From Azolla caroliniana (Eukaryota; Plantae; Polypodiophyta): 64,000 nt of DNA. Made by a program: the position numbers and the translations under genes. The stretch covers positions 3,472,001 through 3,536,000 of the forward strand of contig JBHGNT010000016.1 of the NCBI GenBank assembly GCA_043228905.1. The letters are read 5' to 3'. Below, piece after piece: positions 60,701 through 64,000 of this stretch (position 1 is the first letter of the stretch; the number at the start of each line of letters is the position of its first letter). The notes below the pieces were generated by a model, which ran no database searches, was not told where the DNA came from, and was given only the letters and a program-made list of their open reading frames with translations.

Positions 60701-61340
60701 TGTCCTTGAAACCCCAGAAGTGTCCACAAATCCTTGCGCGGAGGATCGTTTGGAGCGGTTACGCAAGATACAAGCGGATTTATCTACTCAACTCCAGCAA
60801 GCTCAACAATCACACAAGGACTACGCAGATCGTCATCGACTTCCATCCAGTTTTAAGATTGGAGATCGGGTGTGGCTGCTACGACGACACATCAAGACTA
60901 CTCGCCCATGTGAGAAGTTGGATTATCGGCGATTAGGTCCTTTCCGTATTATCGGGAAGATTAATGATGTCGCTTTTCGTCTCGAGCTACCTCCGCAACT
61001 TCGGATACACCCGGTGTTTCATAGTTCTCTCCTCGAACCCTATCACGAGAGCACTATCCCAGGACGTACTATACAACCTCCACCTCCTATCGAGCTCGAA
61101 GATGGACCTGAGTATGAGGTCGCTGCCATCCTCGATTCCAAGATTGTTCGCAACAAGCTCTACTATCTAGTCGATTGGCTAGGATATAGTCCCAGCGAGC
61201 GTACTTGGGAACCGATCGAGAATGTGACCAATGCTCGTGCTCTTCTAGAAGACTTCCATCGACGATATCCCGAGAAACCGGGTCCTCAATCCAAAACGAC
61301 TCGTGAAACTCGTCGTTTTAAAGGGGGGATAGTGTCATAA
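57744..61340 (+). CDS. Chromovirus Pol (protease, RT, RNase H, integrase, chromodomain) in the -1 frame relative to gag
   Basis: ALLDSGA, PIFFVKKKDGSLRLVVDYR, YLDD, EADASDFA, H....GH..C..C, ISDRGPQF, HPQTDGQAER, GPF, and chromodomain EYEVAAILD...YLVDWLGY....TWEP. There is no ATG before the protease; the frame is open from 57729. Confidence 0.95.
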   Translation, partial: VKRLSPAKIGAVWLDSPRSVQPISGSIPSKQVSDVFVAQVAVSTKSTPPVHTLALLDSGANSCFMDRNFARAHQISLRKLPCPASVVVIDGRPIASGNIIEESEPVNIVLDNLTCVVSFNIISIPEHPIVLGLPWFELHDPDIDWRTREIRLRQTQGSIQKVATISLRQLREEGRKEEMFLFAISVQPSSTTKEESTVQLPEKYRQYADVFDKEQANTLPHHRPYDCAIDLQPGKEPPWGPIYNLSPTELEVLRAYIEENLENGFIRHSKSPAGAPIFFVKKKDGSLRLVVDYRGLNKVTVRNRYALPLISSLLERINGARFFTKIDLRGAYNLVRIRPGDEWKTAFRTRYGHFEYTVMPFGLTNAPAVFQHMANDIFRDLLDDFLIIYLDDLLVYSKTQEEHDSHVLLVLKRLREHGLYAKLEKCSFGCNQVEFLGYVISSEGISMDPAKVKTVIEWHTPRSVRDVQCFLGFANFYRKFIQNYSKIVLPLTQLTRKGQSFIWSKETDMAFESLKKAFTSAPILGHVDPEKPFIIEADASDFALGSILSQQGNDEKLHPVAFHSRKFDAAEINYEIHDKELLAIVDSFMQWRHFLEGSPHQVTVFSDHKNLAYFQDARVLNRRQARWAHFLTRFDFKITYRPGKHQGKADALSRRSYLTPRPGEPAFDNQKQVILGPARLQAAQVFDMPVDSDITNTIREDLKTDAFAQAILAQIDPSRASCSQSQSPGTDYRQFKYCDGLLFFKELLYVPNGSCRLRVVQNCHDTYTAGHFGSTKTLDLVQRSFWWPRMRQFVEDFVRTCDTCCRAKMPRHHPYGLLEPLPIPSKPWQSIALDFITDLPVSKGFSAILTVVDRYTKMAHFLPCTKEISSEDTAEIVMREVCRHHGLPDNIISDRGPQFVSKFWKHLFKMLKVTCNLSSGYHPQTDGQAERTNQTLEQYLRCFLNYHQNDWADILQFAEFAYNNAIHASTKVTPFYAYTGYHPRWCVLETPEVSTNPCAEDRLERLRKIQADLSTQLQQAQQSHKDYADRHRLPSSFKIGDRVWLLRRHIKTTRPCEKLDYRRLGPFRIIGKINDVAFRLELPPQLRIHPVFHSSLLEPYHESTIPGRTIQPPPPIELEDGPEYEVAAILDSKIVRNKLYYLVDWLGYSPSERTWEPIENVTNARALLEDFHRRYPEKPGPQSKTTRETRRFKGGIVS

Positions 61341-61622
61341 CTAGACTCGAACCCATAACCTTTTGTTACACGGGTCGAGACTTTACCATTAGGTTATGAA
61401 TTGTAATTTGAAGGATATTATTTTCATTTAGGTTTTATTGGGAAATTGATGTATATTCCAGATTTCTCTGGAACATTCTAGAAACTTCAGGAGTATTCCT
61501 GAAGACACTATAAAAGGAGGCGCAAGGCATTAGTTCGAACCAAATCGGTTCAACGCCAGTCTTAAGCCTTCTAACTACTGTTGTATATCTTCCGTCATAT
61601 AATACATATATCTTTCGCATCA

Positions 61623-61658
<36 letters not shown>

Positions 61659-62448
61659 TCACTCATTCCTTCTCTCAAAGTTCGACACCTCTCATAGTAC
61701 TAATCCTTCTCTGTCTTAGTACTATTCCCCAACAATAGTACTAATCCTTCTTTTAGTACTAATTCCTTCTCTGCCTTAATAGAGTTCCTGACACATCCTG
61801 GCTCTTGACCCTTGCATAGGCCGAGCCATTGTCCAGCACCTTGGTCTCCATCCGTGCTGCCGTGATGTACGGTTCTCCTAGTATAACCGGATGTGAGGAT
61901 GTCTCCTGCACGAAGAAGGGCTGGTCAATCTCGACATCGCCGATCTTTACTCGTACATTCGGGCAGGCTCCATGCAGTTCTTCGGTGCCACGCGTTGCTG
62001 CCCGTATCTTCCACCCGTGCTTGGTGTTGATCGGTCATTTCCCCTTCTTGTAGAAGTCCATGGACATCAAATTGATTTCTGAACCGTGGTCCACCAACGC
62101 CACCACTGGTTCATGAACTTCTCCGATCTTCACGGGGGTCTCCGTAGTCGCTCTGGCCTAGTGCGGCCTCAAATAGTGGCTCTCCGCCAACTCGTCTTCC
62201 AGTGCCATGTCCTCTATGTGCGTCGTTCGCACCTCCACTGGCTTCTCCGGTTCTTCCTCCGTTGACAACCTCTTCCTCTTCACCAAGTCTACGATGGAGT
62301 CGTGGAACTCCTTCTTGGCGATCCCGAGCACTTCCCTCAGCGACAGTTCCACCTTGCTGTCGAGGATTCGTTCTTCTAGGACCTTTCCCAGGTCCGTGGT
62401 TCTTTCGATTTCTGTGCCCAGCCGGTACCCGCCCCTCTTGGGAATATC

Positions 62449-63747
62449 CTAGGCGCCGATCACACCGGCCTCATTCCGCCTTTGCCCGAACCAAGTTTCA
62501 TATCGTTGCGAGGGCCCGGCTCCTCCGGTTTTCCCTACCCGCTTGTCCTCCACCAGAGCCTCGTAGTTTTCCGCGCGGTCCACCTCTTCTTTCCGTAGTC
62601 GCGCGCCGGCGAGGCCTTCTAGCATTGTCGGCCAGAACCCGGCTTTGTTCGTCTTCGGGGCCTCGCCACCTCCGACCCGAATACCAACTGACGTCGAGTA
62701 GTGGACGGTCTCCGCGTGACGAGCCGCCGCCTCCTCCATCAGCCTTTTCATACCTCCCCGCCCGACATTCAGGCCCAGGGCCCTTCGGGTCTCGCTGGCG
62801 TGCACCCGACCGTTCCACAGGTACACCACGTTGCTTCTCATCGCCTCGGCGAAGTCCCCGCAGTCTTTCTGGATGTGGCCAACCGCGTCACACCACATGC
62901 ACCTGTTTCCAGCCAGAGGTCGTCGGTCACGGCCCTGTTCGCCACCGTCCCTCCGTGCCTGGGCGATCTGGAGATCCTTTACCATCCGCGTCAGTTCCTC
63001 CAGAGTTGCTCCCCCGGACGAGCCCTTGACCATGCCGGTCGAATCCGATCCGGTCTCGAGCCAATCTCGGGTCTCTTCCCCTCGCGTTGGTGGTGTTGGC
63101 TCGTGCTTCCTTGCTGCGACAGGGCCCGCCCTCGTCGATCCTTTGTCCACCCTTTCCCGCCGTTTGTCGAAACGGCCACAAACCCTCTTCACCACGGCCC
63201 AGTCGGCCGTCAGCCCGTCATCAGTCTCCAATAGGAGGCCTACTTGCTCCCGATCTCGCTTGTCAACTGACTTAACAAACAATAGGACACAACTTGTGTC
63301 CAGAATGGTCCGGTCAAGCACCGAGAGGCGCGCGAAGCGTTCCTCAAACTCCCGAAGGAGCACCGACGCGTTCCTTCCTTTGTTGGGGGTCTCCACCCAC
63401 TCCATGAAGTCCTGCTTCGAAAGTCGAAGCGCATCTTCAAGCCCGTATTTTTCGAGGAGCCGACCTTCGAACTCCTCCCAGGTCCGGCTCTCGGCCCGTA
63501 CCTCGAGCACCTCCGAATGGATGCCCAGCATCGCCACTCGAGGGAATCCGGCTAGACGCCTCTCTTCCGGAATGTCCCTCATTACCATCTCAGCCCGGTA
63601 GGACGCCAAGTAGCTCGTGGCATCCTTCCCACTAAACCGGCCGATCGTATTGACAACTGCCTCGATAGCCCTATCAAGGGCGCCGGTGCCTTCGCGCGCA
63701 CTCACTATACGGTCCACAGCCGAAGCCATGGCTTCTATGAGGTTCAC
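62449..63747 (-). pseudogene. gag of the tRNA-Trp-primed gypsy element (CCHC knuckle), ending at a premature stop
   Basis: CMWCDAVGHIQKDC. It lies immediately downstream of the PBS, and the downstream frames are broken. Confidence 0.8.
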
Positions 63748-63758
63748 CTATGCCGCCT

Positions 63759-63777
63759 ATTCACGTCGGGTTCACCA
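63759..63777 (-). other. Primer-binding site complementary to the tRNA-Trp 3' end
   Basis: Plus strand ATTCACGTCGGGTTCACCA matches the plant tRNA-Trp(CCA) 3' end including CCA as I recall it; it lies 4 nt from the LTR edge. Confidence 0.85.
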
Positions 63778-63852
63778 AATATGTCGCGTTGTTACGCGCG
63801 TGCGTGGAGAACAAGGCGGGACCACTGGGGTCTTGGACCAAGGAATAGGTAA

Positions 63853-63890
<38 letters not shown>

Positions 63891-64000
63891 GCTCACTCAC
63901 GTATAGACAAAGAAGCGCACGGGGACGCGGCACAACAACACAGGATACACGAGTTGAGAACACTAGAGTATGTATGTAAAAATAGGCATGTATTTGTAAG

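Larger units (their letters stand above)
56036..61793 (+). mobile_element. Intact young chromovirus (Ty3/gypsy, Tcn1/Tf1-sushi-like)
   Basis: TSD CATCC (56031-56035, 61794-61798). LTRs 56036-56496 and 61333-61793 are 461 bp each with about 3 differences by eye. PPT AAGGGGGGATAG at 61321-61332. No tRNA-type PBS. Confidence 0.97.
51695..64000 (-). mobile_element. Degenerate Ty3/gypsy non-chromovirus element (possibly Phygy/Selgy-like), tRNA-Trp primed, 5' LTR running off the window
   Basis: 3' LTR 51695-52391 (TG...CGACA) with PPT rc at 52392-52404. The 5' LTR starts at 63782. PBS rc 63759-63777. gag 63747-62449, protease ALVDHGSEINLMS (~62060-62100), RT (LPQGGTNS, FLDD) and RNaseH ~55720-53984, integrase 53959-52541. 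Several stops and frameshifts. Confidence 0.9.

Overview
Eukaryotic land-plant nuclear DNA. A fern or other seed-free vascular plant is likely, inferred from the gene families, the microsatellite-rich UTRs and the retroelement types. The left ~34 kb is genic: an 11-exon NDL/NDRG gene (+), a Mutator-type MITE, an unusually long 2-exon BES1/BZR1 transcription factor (-), a single-exon DUF962 gene (+), tRNA-Gly(TCC) (+) and a 6-exon copper amine oxidase (-), with decayed retroelement pieces between them. The right ~30 kb is a nested retrotransposon stack. It holds an internally deleted Copia splitting an old LINE, and an old LTR-like segment hit by a solo LTR and by an intact Tnt1-like Copia (TSD CTGAG). 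The 5' LTR of that Copia carries an intact two-ORF non-LTR element inserted in a (TC)n microsatellite. Further right, a decayed tRNA-Trp-primed Ty3/gypsy carries an intact chromovirus (TSD CATCC). Top candidate: the non-LTR element. It has a (TTTC)n tail and a (TC)n target, and its ORF1 and ORF2 are in the same frame, separated only by UGA-CGG plus a possible hairpin (candidate stop-codon readthrough). Second: the chromovirus has a self-complementary, tRNA-independent primer site and a G-UUA-AAC plus hairpin -1 frameshift signal. All family and clade calls were made by eye from motifs; no database search was run.
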